Shown here: positions 7,386 through 16,098 of the stretch, one piece after another
Layout of the letters: each line of letters begins with the position of its first letter
How positions within the stretch are numbered: position 1 is the stretch's first letter
From: Candidatus Methylacidiphilales bacterium
GTDB taxonomy: Bacteria > Verrucomicrobiota > Verrucomicrobiia > Methylacidiphilales > JAAUTS01
Reading direction: 5' to 3'
Assembly: GCA_028713655.1 (NCBI GenBank)
Contig: JAQTNW010000009.1
Coordinates: 8,474 to 72,473, forward strand
Length of the DNA: 64,000 bases
Notes under the pieces: generated by a model
Database searches by the model: none
Told to the model about the DNA's origin: nothing
What the model saw: the letters and a program-made list of their open reading frames with translations, nothing else
Translations under genes and position numbers: made by a program

Positions 7386-9083
7386 ATGAGTTCCGCACCC
7401 GAGGTCCTGCGTTACAAAGCCCTGATTGAAGCCGCCCGCCGACTCAATTCGGCGATGGACGTCAACGCCATCCTCAGCCAAATCCTGGCCTCCTCGCGGG
7501 AAGTCATGGCCGCCGAAGCCATATCGGTTTTCATGGACGACCCCGCCACCGGCGAGCTTGTGCTCCATGCGGCCGCCGGCGACCCCGCCCAGCAGTGGAC
7601 CGGCGAAACGGACGCCAACGGCGAACCCAAACGCAAAATGACCGAAATCCGCGTGCCCCGCGGAGCGGGCATCTCCGGGCACGTCTTTGAACACCGCAAG
7701 AGCATCAACATCCATGATGTCCAGAACGATCCGCGCTTCTACCGCAAAGCTGATAGTGACACCGGCTTTGTCACCCGCTCCATGATCACCGTGCCCCTGC
7801 TCACGGGCGACCGTTGCCTCGGCGTCGTGCAGGCGCTCAACTCCATCGACCGTCCTTACTTTGACGACCTCGATCTCGAGATCTTCGAGGGCTTCGCCAG
7901 CCTCATCGCCGGCACACTGTTGCGCCTGGAAAACCAGTCGCGCGAAATGTCCGAAGCCCGCGCCCGGCAGGAGCTCGACCTGGCCCGCGAAATCCAACAG
8001 TCTTTCCTCCCGCCCCCGCTGCGGATTCTGAACACATGCCAGGTCCGCGTCGGTTACTTCCCCGCGCGCCAAATCGGGGGCGATTTCTATTTTGTCCACC
8101 CGCTGGACGAGAACCGCACCCTGATGGGATTGGGTGATGTGACCGGCAAGGGCATCCCCGCCGCGCTGACCATGTCCCGCGCCACGGCGGAAATCAAAGG
8201 CCTTGCCGGCGGGCTCAAGGACGACCTGGGGGCCTGGGTCTCCTCGCTTAACACTATAGTAGCGGAAGAACTGAGCGCCGGGCGTTTTATCGGCATGACC
8301 TTTTTGCTCTGCGACAGCCGCAGTTCCACAATGCAAATCTGCGCCGCGGGCCAATACCCGCCTGTCTGGTCGGACGCCGCACGTTGGAACCGTCCGGCCA
8401 TCCCCTCCCAGCTCCCCATCGGCATCCTTTCCGGGTACCCCTACAAATCGGAAACCCTGGCCCTCAAACCCGGCCAAATCTGGGTCTTGTTCTCGGACGG
8501 CATCACCGAAGCGCGAAATGAGGCCGGCGAGGAATTCACCGAGGAACACTTTCTGAAACGGCTGCCCCTGGGCCTCAGCGGAGCCCATACCTTTGACCAG
8601 GCCATCGAAGGATGGAAGGATTTCGTCGGCAAAGCCGAGCCGCACGATGACGCCTCCCTGCTCATGCTGGACTGGCGCGGCAACGCCCCGGCAAACGACC
8701 TCGCGATCAGTTGCCAGACCGAGAACCTCTGCACCGCGCGCACGTTTATCGAGGACTGGGCGAAATACGCCGGGTTTGACGACATCACCATCGGGCAGAT
8801 CGTTCTGGCAGCAGATGAGGCGACCACCAATGTATTCCGCTACGCATACGGCGGCAAGCCGGGGCCGATTGACTATCATGTTTCCATCGACAACAATCAG
8901 CTTGTCATCCAAATCCGCGACCACGGCACACCGGTCGATCCCTCCAAAGTCCAGGGCAGGAAACTGGAAGATTTGCGGCCCGGCGGCTTGGGCGTGGTGC
9001 TGTTGCACAAGGTCTTTGGGGAAGTGACCTACGAGCCGCAGCAGGTTGGAACCCTATTGACCTTGAGAAAGAAAATCATGTGA
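7386..9083 (+). CDS. GAF-domain / PP2C (SpoIIE-RsbU-type) phosphatase / RsbW-like HATPase kinase fusion protein
   Basis: N-terminal GAF (ILASSREVMAAEAISVFM..GELVLHAAAGD). PP2C core (LAREIQQSFLPP...GGDFYFV...GDVTGKGIPAALTMS...FSDGITEA...DDASLLMLDW). C-terminal N-box DEATTNVFRYAY and G-box RPGGLGVVLL. Confidence 0.85.
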   Translation: MSSAPEVLRYKALIEAARRLNSAMDVNAILSQILASSREVMAAEAISVFMDDPATGELVLHAAAGDPAQQWTGETDANGEPKRKMTEIRVPRGAGISGHVFEHRKSINIHDVQNDPRFYRKADSDTGFVTRSMITVPLLTGDRCLGVVQALNSIDRPYFDDLDLEIFEGFASLIAGTLLRLENQSREMSEARARQELDLAREIQQSFLPPPLRILNTCQVRVGYFPARQIGGDFYFVHPLDENRTLMGLGDVTGKGIPAALTMSRATAEIKGLAGGLKDDLGAWVSSLNTIVAEELSAGRFIGMTFLLCDSRSSTMQICAAGQYPPVWSDAARWNRPAIPSQLPIGILSGYPYKSETLALKPGQIWVLFSDGITEARNEAGEEFTEEHFLKRLPLGLSGAHTFDQAIEGWKDFVGKAEPHDDASLLMLDWRGNAPANDLAISCQTENLCTARTFIEDWAKYAGFDDITIGQIVLAADEATTNVFRYAYGGKPGPIDYHVSIDNNQLVIQIRDHGTPVDPSKVQGRKLEDLRPGGLGVVLLHKVFGEVTYEPQQVGTLLTLRKKIM

Positions 9084-9117
9084 TGTCCCTTTTTTCAAGA
9101 GCTCTGCGGCCTCGTGG

Positions 9118-9165
9118 CTTGGGCGGGACGCCCAAGGCTTTTGGACTGCGGCGGCATGCCGCCGC
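9118..9165. repeat. R4-like hairpin pair
   Basis: CTTGGGCGGGACGCCCAAG and GCGGCGGCATGCCGCCGC. The same first hairpin type occurs at 44322-44340. Confidence 0.65.
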
Positions 9166-9182
9166 TTTTTATTACGGGCAAC

Positions 9183-10157
9183 ATGTCCTCCATGCAAAGC
9201 GTCCGCCGCGGCGGACGCACTCCAAAATTTTGGGATGAATACGAAATCAGCAACGGAGAAAGCAGCTTGAAAATCACATTCTGGGGAACCCGCGGCAGCA
9301 TTCCCACGCCCAGCACCAGTTCGTTCGTCACCAGCCAATACGGCGGGGACACCACCTGCATTTCCGTGGATTGCGCGGGCCATCGCGTGATTCTGGACGC
9401 CGGGTCCGGCCTCCGGCTTTTGGGCCTGGAAATGGCCAAGGAAACCGCTCCCATCCAGGCCACCTTCTTTTTCAGCCATGTACATTGGGACCATATCCAG
9501 GGGTTCCCATTTTTCATCCCCGGTTTTCAAAAAGGAAACCGCTTTGACTTGTACGGCCCGCACCTGGGCATATCACCGGATTTCGTCGGCAGCATTCTCG
9601 AAAAGGCGTTGCGCGGCCAGCAGAATGACCTGAACTTCCCGGTCCAGCTCAATGACATGCCCGCCGAGATGATCTTTCGCGACCTGCCGGAGCGCGCAAA
9701 AGTGGAAATCCAGGGCCCGCTCGGACTGGTCAAGGTTTTCTCCGCCCCGCTCAATCATCCCGGAGGCTGTTTCGGCTACCGCATCGAGGAACACCGTCCG
9801 GGCCAGGCGGTAAAAGTCCTCGCCTTCGCCACCGACACGGAACATCTGGACGCCGTGAATCCTAACATGCAATTTCTGGCCAAAAATGCGGATGTCCTGA
9901 TATACGATTGCCAGTACTCACCGGAAGAATACGCCGACGCCAACGGATATAGCCGAAAAGGCTGGGGACATTCCACGTATGAATGGGGCCTGCGAGAAGC
10001 CAAGGCCGCGGGCGTCAAACGGCTTGTCATGCACCATCACGACCCGTTGCACGACGACAGCAAGGTGGCAGACATGGAAAAACGGGCTCGCGTCATGGGC
10101 AAGGATCTGGGCATCGAAGTCCAGGCGGCAGCCCAAGGCATGGTGCTCGAGCTATAA
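9183..10157 (+). CDS. MBL-fold metallo-hydrolase
   Basis: KITFWGTRGSIPTP...GGDTTCISV...ILDAGSG...FFSHVHWDHIQGFPFF (HxHxDH). The start is uncertain. The ORF opens at GTG 9114 inside a repeat. ATG 9183 is reported, but TTG 9267 is preceded by GGAGAAAG and is also plausible. Confidence 0.8.
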   Translation: MSSMQSVRRGGRTPKFWDEYEISNGESSLKITFWGTRGSIPTPSTSSFVTSQYGGDTTCISVDCAGHRVILDAGSGLRLLGLEMAKETAPIQATFFFSHVHWDHIQGFPFFIPGFQKGNRFDLYGPHLGISPDFVGSILEKALRGQQNDLNFPVQLNDMPAEMIFRDLPERAKVEIQGPLGLVKVFSAPLNHPGGCFGYRIEEHRPGQAVKVLAFATDTEHLDAVNPNMQFLAKNADVLIYDCQYSPEEYADANGYSRKGWGHSTYEWGLREAKAAGVKRLVMHHHDPLHDDSKVADMEKRARVMGKDLGIEVQAAAQGMVLEL

Positions 10158-10228
10158 ACCCGATTTGCGGGCAAAATCGTCATCGATCGCGAGAGTTTTG
10201 AGCGGAAATGAACACGAGTTATGGCTTA

Positions 10229-10303
10229 CCGCAACGCGGTTGCGTCTTTCAGCCCAGGGTTGGCGCGAGTCAGCGAGAGCCTACCCTGGGTATCTGTCAA
10301 AAA
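10229..10303 (+). repeat. R3 hairpin element
   Basis: CCGCAACGCGGTTGCG TCTTTCAGCCCAGGGTTGGCGCGAGTCAGCGAGAGCCTACCCTGGGTATCTGTCAAAA. Confidence 0.75.
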
Positions 10304-10316
10304 TGTTCCCAGCGTC

Positions 10317-10946
10317 TTAATCCCCCTGATTGGGGCAGAGATATTTGAAGGCATAGGCCGCCGCCGCGCCGCCGAGAAAATTGGCCACAAGATAAATCCA
10401 GATGCTGCTCGAAGCGCTCAAGCCCATGACCGTGATGCCCAGCGCAACCGCAGGATTAAAGGCGCCGCCGGAAACACCGCCGACGGCAAAGGCCATCACC
10501 ATGACAGTCGAGCCAATGGCAAGCCCATAAAACGAATTACCGGCCGTGGCTTTTGCCGTGGCGACGTTCAACACGACAAAGGCCAAAGCGAAGGTGCCGA
10601 GAAATTCGGCGAGCAACGACGGTCCGATTTCAGGATGACTGGCTTCAACCGAGGGGTTGCCTTTGATGAACTGCACAACCAGGGCGGCCGCCACAGCACC
10701 CAGCAACTGGGATGCCATATAACCCGGCACCTCGGAAGCGTTAAGCTTGCCCCGCAAATAAACCGCGAGGCTCACCGCCGGATTGTAGTGTCCGCCGGAA
10801 ATGTGACCACCCGCATAAACCATGATCATCAGGGCGGCGCCAATGGCCAGGGGGGCCATTGAGGTTGCGCCGGGGTTCATGACAGTATTACCCACGGTAA
10901 AAACCAGGAAAAACGTTCCAAGAGCTTCGGTTAAATATTTTTTCAT
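10317..10946 (-). CDS. aqpZ: Aquaporin / MIP-family channel
   Basis: 209 aa. Two NPA boxes (GGHYNPAVSLA and GGAFNPAVALG) and six hydrophobic segments. Confidence 0.9.
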   Translation of the reverse strand: MKKYLTEALGTFFLVFTVGNTVMNPGATSMAPLAIGAALMIMVYAGGHISGGHYNPAVSLAVYLRGKLNASEVPGYMASQLLGAVAAALVVQFIKGNPSVEASHPEIGPSLLAEFLGTFALAFVVLNVATAKATAGNSFYGLAIGSTVMVMAFAVGGVSGGAFNPAVALGITVMGLSASSSIWIYLVANFLGGAAAAYAFKYLCPNQGD

Positions 10947-11409
10947 AAGTACTGGGTGTTCTTAAAAATTTAGTCGGGCCTGGGATAAGCAGTCAAGATA
11001 GGAAAAGCCGCGCAACTAATGCACTGCCTGCTCAAACCCATGCCCAGGGATAACAAAATAATTCACAAGTCCTTGTGTCTGAAGCAGCCAGAGGGCTGTC
11101 CTTGTACGCCGAATTGTTACACAACTCCCGCGTTTTAACCTTGCGATTTTCGGCAAAGTCCTCATCCTTCTGAACTTAGTCGATTGTATCGCTTCAGATT
11201 CTGGAAAGTCGTCAGGTCCCCTCAGTGGGTGATGATTTGAAACCCGATAACCGGGAACAGTGTCAGGCCGCATTCGCAGTAAAAGAATCATGGTCCGGCT
11301 TGCTTAAATAAGATTTAACCCGCGCATAACCATGCGCGGCCGCGGTTTGGTTATCGCGGCTTATCCCGCAAAACGCACCACCAGCTAAGAATAGAAAGTC
11401 ATCATCACT

Positions 11410-11772
11410 ATGAGTACAAAATTATATGTCGGGAACCTTGCGTTCCAAGTCACAGAAACCGATCTCCAGGATCTGTTTACACAACACGGGGCCGTCAGCG
11501 AAGTGCATGTCGTCCTCGACCGCGTTACCGCGCGCCCTCGCGGCTTTGCCTTTGTCACGATGGCTGACGCCGAAGGCGCCAAGGCAGCCATTGAAGCGCT
11601 CGACGGAAAAGATTTCCAGGGCCGCACCCTGACGGTCAATGAGGCCCGTCCTCCTGAACCCCGCAGCTTCGGCGGCGGCGGTGGTGGTGGTGGTGGCCGC
11701 GGTTTCGGTGGCGGCGGCGGCGGCGGTGGCCGTGGTGGCAAACGCGATTTCGGTCGCGGTGGACGTCGCTAA
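11410..11772 (+). CDS. RRM-type RNA-binding protein with Gly/Arg-rich tail
   Basis: RNP2 KLYVGNL and RNP1 RGFAFVTM. C-terminus [32 protein letters not shown]. Confidence 0.9.
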   Translation: MSTKLYVGNLAFQVTETDLQDLFTQHGAVSEVHVVLDRVTARPRGFAFVTMADAEGAKAAIEALDGKDFQGRTLTVNEARPPEPRSFGGGGGGGGGRGFGGGGGGGGRGGKRDFGRGGRR

Positions 11773-12050
11773 ACCCCGGTTCAAGCTTGAACCTGCGAAC
11801 CGCCTTTCCGCGGATTCGCTGCTGGGTTTTTAATTAAATCCCGTTATTCGTCCGAAAGGGCGGATGGCGGGATTTTCTTGCATCGTTTTACAGCCAGCCC
11901 GGTGCTTTTCTCGCATGGAGCCACAAGCACGGAGGGCGAACAAATTTTTAACCGCGAAAAGAAGGATTCGAAGCAGATGCTCTATTTATTTCTTGTCCGT
12001 GATTTTCGTGTGTTTCGTGGTTTACTAAAAGTATTCTGTCGTTCCCCTCA

Positions 12051-12086
12051 TTTATCTGTGTCCATCCGTGTTTATCCGTGGTTCAG
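12051..12086 (+). repeat. R5 10-bp-phased triple repeat
   Basis: TTTATCTGTG TCCATCCGTG TTTATCCGTG GTTCAG. A degenerate TTTCGTG variant lies just upstream (11995-12030). Confidence 0.8.
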
Positions 12087-12160
12087 GCTTCTTGTCCCCT
12101 TTCGTGTCTTTTCAGGGGTAACCGGGTTGACTTTGGTCCCTGATGTTTCATATTTATCCC

Positions 12161-12487
12161 ATGAAAAGGAATTGCCTCATACTTGGGATTCTCCTGATGG
12201 CCGCCGGAGCGCAAGCGTCCGATTTCAACGCGCCCTCCAAGAAAATCCCCATGCTGAAGCAGGTACCCGAAGCCAGGCACGAGGAAGTTTTGAAGCCCAG
12301 GGCTTCTGGCGTCATTATCATGATGTCGGAACACGGGCTGCAGGTTTTCAGCCCGCTGGCTCCGATGAACTTGGGCATTGGGGAGAAAATTCTGACCCGG
12401 AGCGCCTCACTGGATCCCCGCCCTGCGAACCCGCTGGATGACACCAAGCCGTTTGGCGGCATGAGCCTTATCGGGTTTGAATTTTAA
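12161..12487 (+). CDS. Small secreted hypothetical protein
   Basis: MKRNCLILGILLMAAGAQA signal peptide. No recognisable domain. The ORF track starts at 12143. Confidence 0.45.
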   Translation: MKRNCLILGILLMAAGAQASDFNAPSKKIPMLKQVPEARHEEVLKPRASGVIIMMSEHGLQVFSPLAPMNLGIGEKILTRSASLDPRPANPLDDTKPFGGMSLIGFEF

Positions 12488-12561
12488 TTTTTCTTTCGCA
12501 AGGTTGGGCGGATTTATGCGCAGGCACGTCTCCGTGCCGGTTGACATGTGATTGTCTGGTT

Positions 12562-13656
12562 TTAATGGAGGATGTGTTGAATCGTTTCATCGGGCTGGAT
12601 ATAGGCTTCGTAGATGCGCAGGAGTTCGAGTGCGTCTTCCAAGGTGCCCCATTCCGGTCCTTTACCTTCCAGCAGGCGGGTGGTGAAATGGATGACTTCC
12701 GGCGCGTAGCCCAGCAGGAAGAGAGCTTTGTTATGAGGCTGGCCCAGCGAAAATTCCGGCTCCCAATGTCGCGGCGCATTTTCGTCCGCAAACAAGTTGA
12801 AATAATCCCCCGACCGTCCGTAATCGGCTTGCTGTGACGCCTTGCGATAATGAGTCAGGCGCAGGTTGTTTTCCAGCACGACATTTTCGCCTTCGCCAAT
12901 CACCTCGGTCCTTTCCAGAAAGGAACCCGTGGATTGCCCGGCGCTGAACGTCAAATTGCCCACGGCGCCGCTCTTAAAGCGCAGGGAAACCGATGCCGCG
13001 CCGTTGACGGTGTTGCGGTTGGTGAAAATCCAATCGAGATCGCCGCACAGGAATCTCAACAGGGAATGAGGATGTACCATGTGATCGAGAAACCCCGCCA
13101 TTTTTTTTGCATCGGCGCGGTCTTCAAACGGCGGCAGATCCTGGGGGTAACGCGCCGTGATGGAAGTCACCCGGCCAAACTCGGGACGGCTGATGATTTC
13201 CTTGATTTTTTGGTTGGCCGGAAAAAACATTTTTTTGAACCCGACGCCGGTGTGGCGCCCGGTTTCCCGGCTGACGCGCATCATCTCCTCCACCTCGGAC
13301 GAGGAAGCCGCGGGCGGCTTTTCGATCCAGGCATGAGCGCCGGCCCGCATGCAATCGATGGCCAGTTTCGGATAACGGGGGCGCCCATATTCGTCGTAAT
13401 TTGTGACGATGAAAACCAGGTCCGGTTTTTCCTTCGCCAGCATTTCGCGGTGGTCCGTATAAGCCGATTCAGCGCCGAAAATTTTCGCGCAATCCGTTGC
13501 GCGCTTTGCATCCAGATCGCACACGGCAGTCAGGTTTACAGGCGCATACTGAAAGGTCGGGAAGACATTGCGGCAGGCGTGGCCGCCGCAGCCAATGAAG
13601 GCCGTTTTTAATTTTGCCGGGTATTCGTAGTTATACAGAATATTAAATTTGTTCAT
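12562..13656 (-). CDS. Gfo/Idh/MocA-family oxidoreductase
   Basis: N-terminal Rossmann segment KTAFIGCGGHACRNVFP, then EKPPAASSSEVEEM (family EKP motif). Confidence 0.85.
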   Translation of the reverse strand: MNKFNILYNYEYPAKLKTAFIGCGGHACRNVFPTFQYAPVNLTAVCDLDAKRATDCAKIFGAESAYTDHREMLAKEKPDLVFIVTNYDEYGRPRYPKLAIDCMRAGAHAWIEKPPAASSSEVEEMMRVSRETGRHTGVGFKKMFFPANQKIKEIISRPEFGRVTSITARYPQDLPPFEDRADAKKMAGFLDHMVHPHSLLRFLCGDLDWIFTNRNTVNGAASVSLRFKSGAVGNLTFSAGQSTGSFLERTEVIGEGENVVLENNLRLTHYRKASQQADYGRSGDYFNLFADENAPRHWEPEFSLGQPHNKALFLLGYAPEVIHFTTRLLEGKGPEWGTLEDALELLRIYEAYIQPDETIQHILH

Positions 13657-13778
13657 TTATGCTCCTTGGTAAGGTTCTGCCAAAATCGCCACGGTCGAAA
13701 CAGGCACCCTGGGTGTTCCGCCCGGTCTGCAGGCGCCCAGAACGTAAACGGGTTGATTCATAACAATGGCGATGGCCT

Positions 13779-14144
13779 TTATTCACCGACCGTTTGACGG
13801 TCCGCCGAGGAAAACGCGATGAACAAAACCGCCTCGGTTTCTCCTATATTTGTGGCGTGATGCCAGATGTTGGGCGGGACGGTCACGGTATCGCCCTCGT
13901 TCATTTGCGCTTTTTCCCCACCAGGACCGGTATGTTCAATCCGTCCCTGGATGACCACGAGAATTTCAGTGCAATTCGGGTGGTAATGCCGCGGGTTGCC
14001 CTGTCCGGGCTTGAGAATGCAGCGGCCGACGGTCATTTCCGTTGAGTTGCCTAACGACAGCCCGGCAAACCAGGTCAGGTTCCCCCAGTCGAAGTCGCTT
14101 TTTGTGGCTTGTGGATATGTGAGAAGTCGGATGTCTGTTTTCAT
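13779..14144 (-). CDS. Cupin-domain protein
   Basis: GQGNPRHYHPNCTEILVVIQG...GDTVTVPPNIWHHATN (cupin motifs 1 and 2). ATG at 14144 (MKTDIR); the longer ORF to 14336 overlaps the upstream gene. Confidence 0.8.
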   Translation of the reverse strand: MKTDIRLLTYPQATKSDFDWGNLTWFAGLSLGNSTEMTVGRCILKPGQGNPRHYHPNCTEILVVIQGRIEHTGPGGEKAQMNEGDTVTVPPNIWHHATNIGETEAVLFIAFSSADRQTVGE

Positions 14145-14148
14145 AGTG

Positions 14149-15240
14149 TTATGACTTTGCCTTCCCGGGCGGATTTGCGGTGGCGTCATAAAACATCTCA
14201 TGTAATTCCACCCGCTTTCCTTCCGACAAAAGCGCCGCCTCATAGACCGCAACCACGTCGCGGGCAAACTCCAGCGAGCCGTCGTGCCGACGTGGGCCGC
14301 CCTGCACCTGATCGCAAAAAGACCGCAGACTGCCATAGACGCCCTGGGTCATCAGCGAGACGTTCTCCAGCGTTGAGAGAGTGTTCTGCGGCTCCCAGAC
14401 AATGGCGCCCTGCTCAAAACCGCCCGGCGCGTAGGAGGTCGATACGCCATACTCAAGCCTGGCGCCACGCTGATAAGTGATTCGCAGGCAATTATCGAGC
14501 ACCAGATTCGCGTCATTGGCATAGACGGTGTACATCTCATGGGGTTGAAAACGGCCGCCGCTCACAGCATGCAAAGTTCCAATCGCGCCTCCTGAGAACT
14601 CCAAAATGACTACTGAGGTGTCATGGCGTCCGTGATGCACCGTCACCGCCTCAACCGCGCCTCCCAACGCAATCATGAACGACAGCGGATGACATCCATT
14701 GCCCAGCCAGTTGGTAAATCGTCCCTCGCGCAGGACGGCCGGACCGTCGGCCGGCACCACGACCGGATACTGCGCCAGAATCGAACGCAACGGCTGGTGT
14801 TTCTCCTGGGCCAGAATCTCGCGGAACTTTTCAACCGCAGGCATGAACACCTTTTTGAAACCCACAACGGCCACCCGGTCGCCGCGCTTTCGCAACATCT
14901 CCTCGATTTGCGTGAGCCGCATCGCAGCAGGCTTTTCCATCCACACATGCAAACCGGCTGCAAATGCCTCGCACGCGAGAACGGGATGTTGCGCGGGGCC
15001 GACGCAGAGGATCACCACATCGAGCTTTTCATTGCGGTACATTTCAGCGTTGGAGGCATAGCATCGGCTCACACCGTACTCACCCGCAGTACGCTGCGCC
15101 AACTCGAGATTCACGTCGCAGAACGCCTGCACGCGCACGGGCAAATAATGCAGCGCCGGAAGAATGTTGCGGTAGCAGTGGGATCCGACGCCCACCACTC
15201 CTACGTTCAGTCTGTTTTGGAAATCCCGTTGGTAACTCAT
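14149..15240 (-). CDS. Gfo/Idh/MocA-family oxidoreductase
   Basis: LNVGVVGVGSHCYRNILP Rossmann start and WMEKPAAMRLTQIEEM (EKP motif). Confidence 0.85.
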   Translation of the reverse strand: MSYQRDFQNRLNVGVVGVGSHCYRNILPALHYLPVRVQAFCDVNLELAQRTAGEYGVSRCYASNAEMYRNEKLDVVILCVGPAQHPVLACEAFAAGLHVWMEKPAAMRLTQIEEMLRKRGDRVAVVGFKKVFMPAVEKFREILAQEKHQPLRSILAQYPVVVPADGPAVLREGRFTNWLGNGCHPLSFMIALGGAVEAVTVHHGRHDTSVVILEFSGGAIGTLHAVSGGRFQPHEMYTVYANDANLVLDNCLRITYQRGARLEYGVSTSYAPGGFEQGAIVWEPQNTLSTLENVSLMTQGVYGSLRSFCDQVQGGPRRHDGSLEFARDVVAVYEAALLSEGKRVELHEMFYDATANPPGKAKS

Positions 15241-15267
15241 GGCATGGTTCCTTTCGTATATGCCGCA

Positions 15268-16098
15268 TCAGCCTTCGGCGATCACCTTTCTCAGAAAGGC
15301 CATGTCGTTCTGAGTCACATTTGAGTAATCGACGCCGGGCTTGTGGTCTCCGTGACTGGAGTTCAGGCACCAGACGGGGCTGATCGCGTCACGCAGCACC
15401 TGCCGGGCAATGTCTTGCACCGGCCAGGAGGCATCAGCGAGGCTCGATTTCCATTTCAGCGATCCGCCCGGGGTTTCGCTCTGTCCGCCCTTGAAATGGA
15501 CGTAGTTCATCCACGGCTTGAGTTTGTGATAGACTTCAAGGGACGGGAAGGTTCCATTGCTCCAAAGATTTTGAATGTCCCAGGTGAAGGTCGCAGTCCT
15601 TGGCCGGTCAAGCCGCTGGAAGAAATCAATGATGTTCTCCACATTGCCAAAAAGGCAGTCGTGGCATTCGTTCTCGATGGTGGTCTGGAAGCCGGCTGCC
15701 GAGATCTGATCCACCGCCTCGCGATAAAGCCCGATCATCCAGTCTGGGAAACGCCCGCTGCCTCTTGGGTCTAGCAAGCGAATCAGCTTGGGCTTCACCA
15801 TCCGGGCGACTGCCAGCGTCCGCGGAAGGGCGGCCAGGGCCGAGTTACGGAAATGCGCTTCGCCCGGTGTCAGAGGTTCGTGAAAGAGTATCGTTGAGAA
15901 ACAATAGGCGCTCAGTCCGCGCCGCTGCATTGCGCCGACGAGGCGTTCGGCCTCATCGGGATTCAGGTCGATGATCGATTTGCCATAGACTTGATCCTTG
16001 AGGTCCAAATCCTTGAGGCCCCATTCCACATGCCGGTCCAATGCCGGCTCGATCTCATGGCCCGCCATTGCGTTTAACATTGTCAGTCGCGGTTTCAT
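15268..16098 (-). CDS. Sugar phosphate isomerase/epimerase (xylose-isomerase-like TIM barrel)
   Basis: 276 aa. The pattern LKDLDLKD...IRLLDPRG...TTIENECHD...VHFKGG is consistent with the AP-endonuclease-2/TIM-barrel family. Operon context with the oxidoreductases. Confidence 0.75.
   Translation of the reverse strand: MKPRLTMLNAMAGHEIEPALDRHVEWGLKDLDLKDQVYGKSIIDLNPDEAERLVGAMQRRGLSAYCFSTILFHEPLTPGEAHFRNSALAALPRTLAVARMVKPKLIRLLDPRGSGRFPDWMIGLYREAVDQISAAGFQTTIENECHDCLFGNVENIIDFFQRLDRPRTATFTWDIQNLWSNGTFPSLEVYHKLKPWMNYVHFKGGQSETPGGSLKWKSSLADASWPVQDIARQVLRDAISPVWCLNSSHGDHKPGVDYSNVTQNDMAFLRKVIAEG

Noticed and set aside
7164-9008. 614-aa ORF on the minus strand
   Set aside because: It is antisense to the well-supported GAF-PP2C-kinase gene. 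Its composition is Gly/Ala/Arg/Val-rich and it has no motifs. This is a typical shadow ORF in GC-rich DNA.
9114-9182. N-terminal ORF extensions here and at 3734-3904, 17593-17847, 27489-27640 and 39555-39665
   Set aside because: These segments are copies of the dispersed repeats R1, R4, R5 and R7. They encode implausible peptides, and better-placed internal starts exist.
11016-11291. 91-aa ORF, and a GAAGCAGCC string considered as a possible SRP-RNA-like ncRNA
   Set aside because: The ORF has no coding-like composition or start context. The GAAGCAGCC match lacks the GNAR tetraloop context and the flanking helices of SRP RNA domain IV. No tmRNA or RNase P signatures are present either.
11385-11741. 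Minus-strand ORF encoding poly-proline ([20 protein letters not shown])
   Set aside because: It is the reverse-complement reading of the GGN-rich tail of the RRM gene, so it is an artefact.
12143-12487. C-terminal ...GGMSLIGFEF of the small secreted protein, considered as a sorting signal or GG-leader peptide
   Set aside because: It matches no sorting motif I know (PEP-CTERM, LPXTG, T9SS CTD). It is far from any candidate processing enzyme. This is a single observation.
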